From Vicugna vicugna (taxonomy: Eukaryota), in assembly GCA_013265495.1 (NCBI GenBank), contig MU061579.1, positions 6,362,124-6,426,123 on the forward strand: 64,000 nucleotides of DNA, in the 5' to 3' direction. The position numbers were made by a program, and so were the translations under genes. The notes beneath the pieces were generated by a model. That model was not told the origin of the DNA and did no database searches. It saw nothing but the letters and a program-made list of their open reading frames with translations. Numbering within the stretch: the first letter of the stretch is position 1; every line of letters begins with the position of its first letter. Below are positions 63,938 through 64,000 of the stretch, one piece after another.

Positions 63938-63982
63938 TGTGAGTGTTTGTATGTGTGCATGTTTGTGTGTGAGTGTGTGTAT
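63938..63982. repeat. Degenerate (TG)n microsatellite
   Basis: gtgagtgtttgtatgtgtgcatgtttgtgtgtgagtgtgtgt. Confidence 0.7.
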
Positions 63983-64000
63983 TTATCAAAGAGCCTGGAA

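Noticed and set aside
1..64000. ORF track entries (60-139 aa) as genes, operons or a prokaryotic-type system
   Set aside because: The DNA is mammalian and repeat-rich. The ORFs are short, often start at TTG/GTG, overlap repeats and show no recognisable host protein. There is no CRISPR-like repeat-spacer array.

Overview
AT-rich, CpG-depleted mammalian genomic DNA, most likely intronic or intergenic. It is probably from a camelid, since two tRNA-Ala-derived Vic-1-type SINEs and cetartiodactyl-type L1 3' ends are present. Much of the window is decayed interspersed repeats: L1, L2, MIR, MaLR/ERVL/ERV1 LTRs, an ERV-L gag remnant and DNA-transposon MITEs. I recognise no host protein-coding gene, and the ORF track is chance ORFs plus L1 ORF2 debris. 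The best non-repeat signals are a strong CTCF site with a correctly spaced upstream motif (~25.77 kb) and a CpG-retaining unique segment containing a 156-nt splice-site-flanked candidate exon (~51.3 kb). Several retrotransposition events are well preserved: a TSD-flanked L1 with an internal deletion, a twin-primed inverted L1, and nested insertions. I see no evidence of a novel multi-gene system. Repeat family names come from recalled consensus similarity, not a search, and boundaries are approximate unless a TSD or TIR is quoted.
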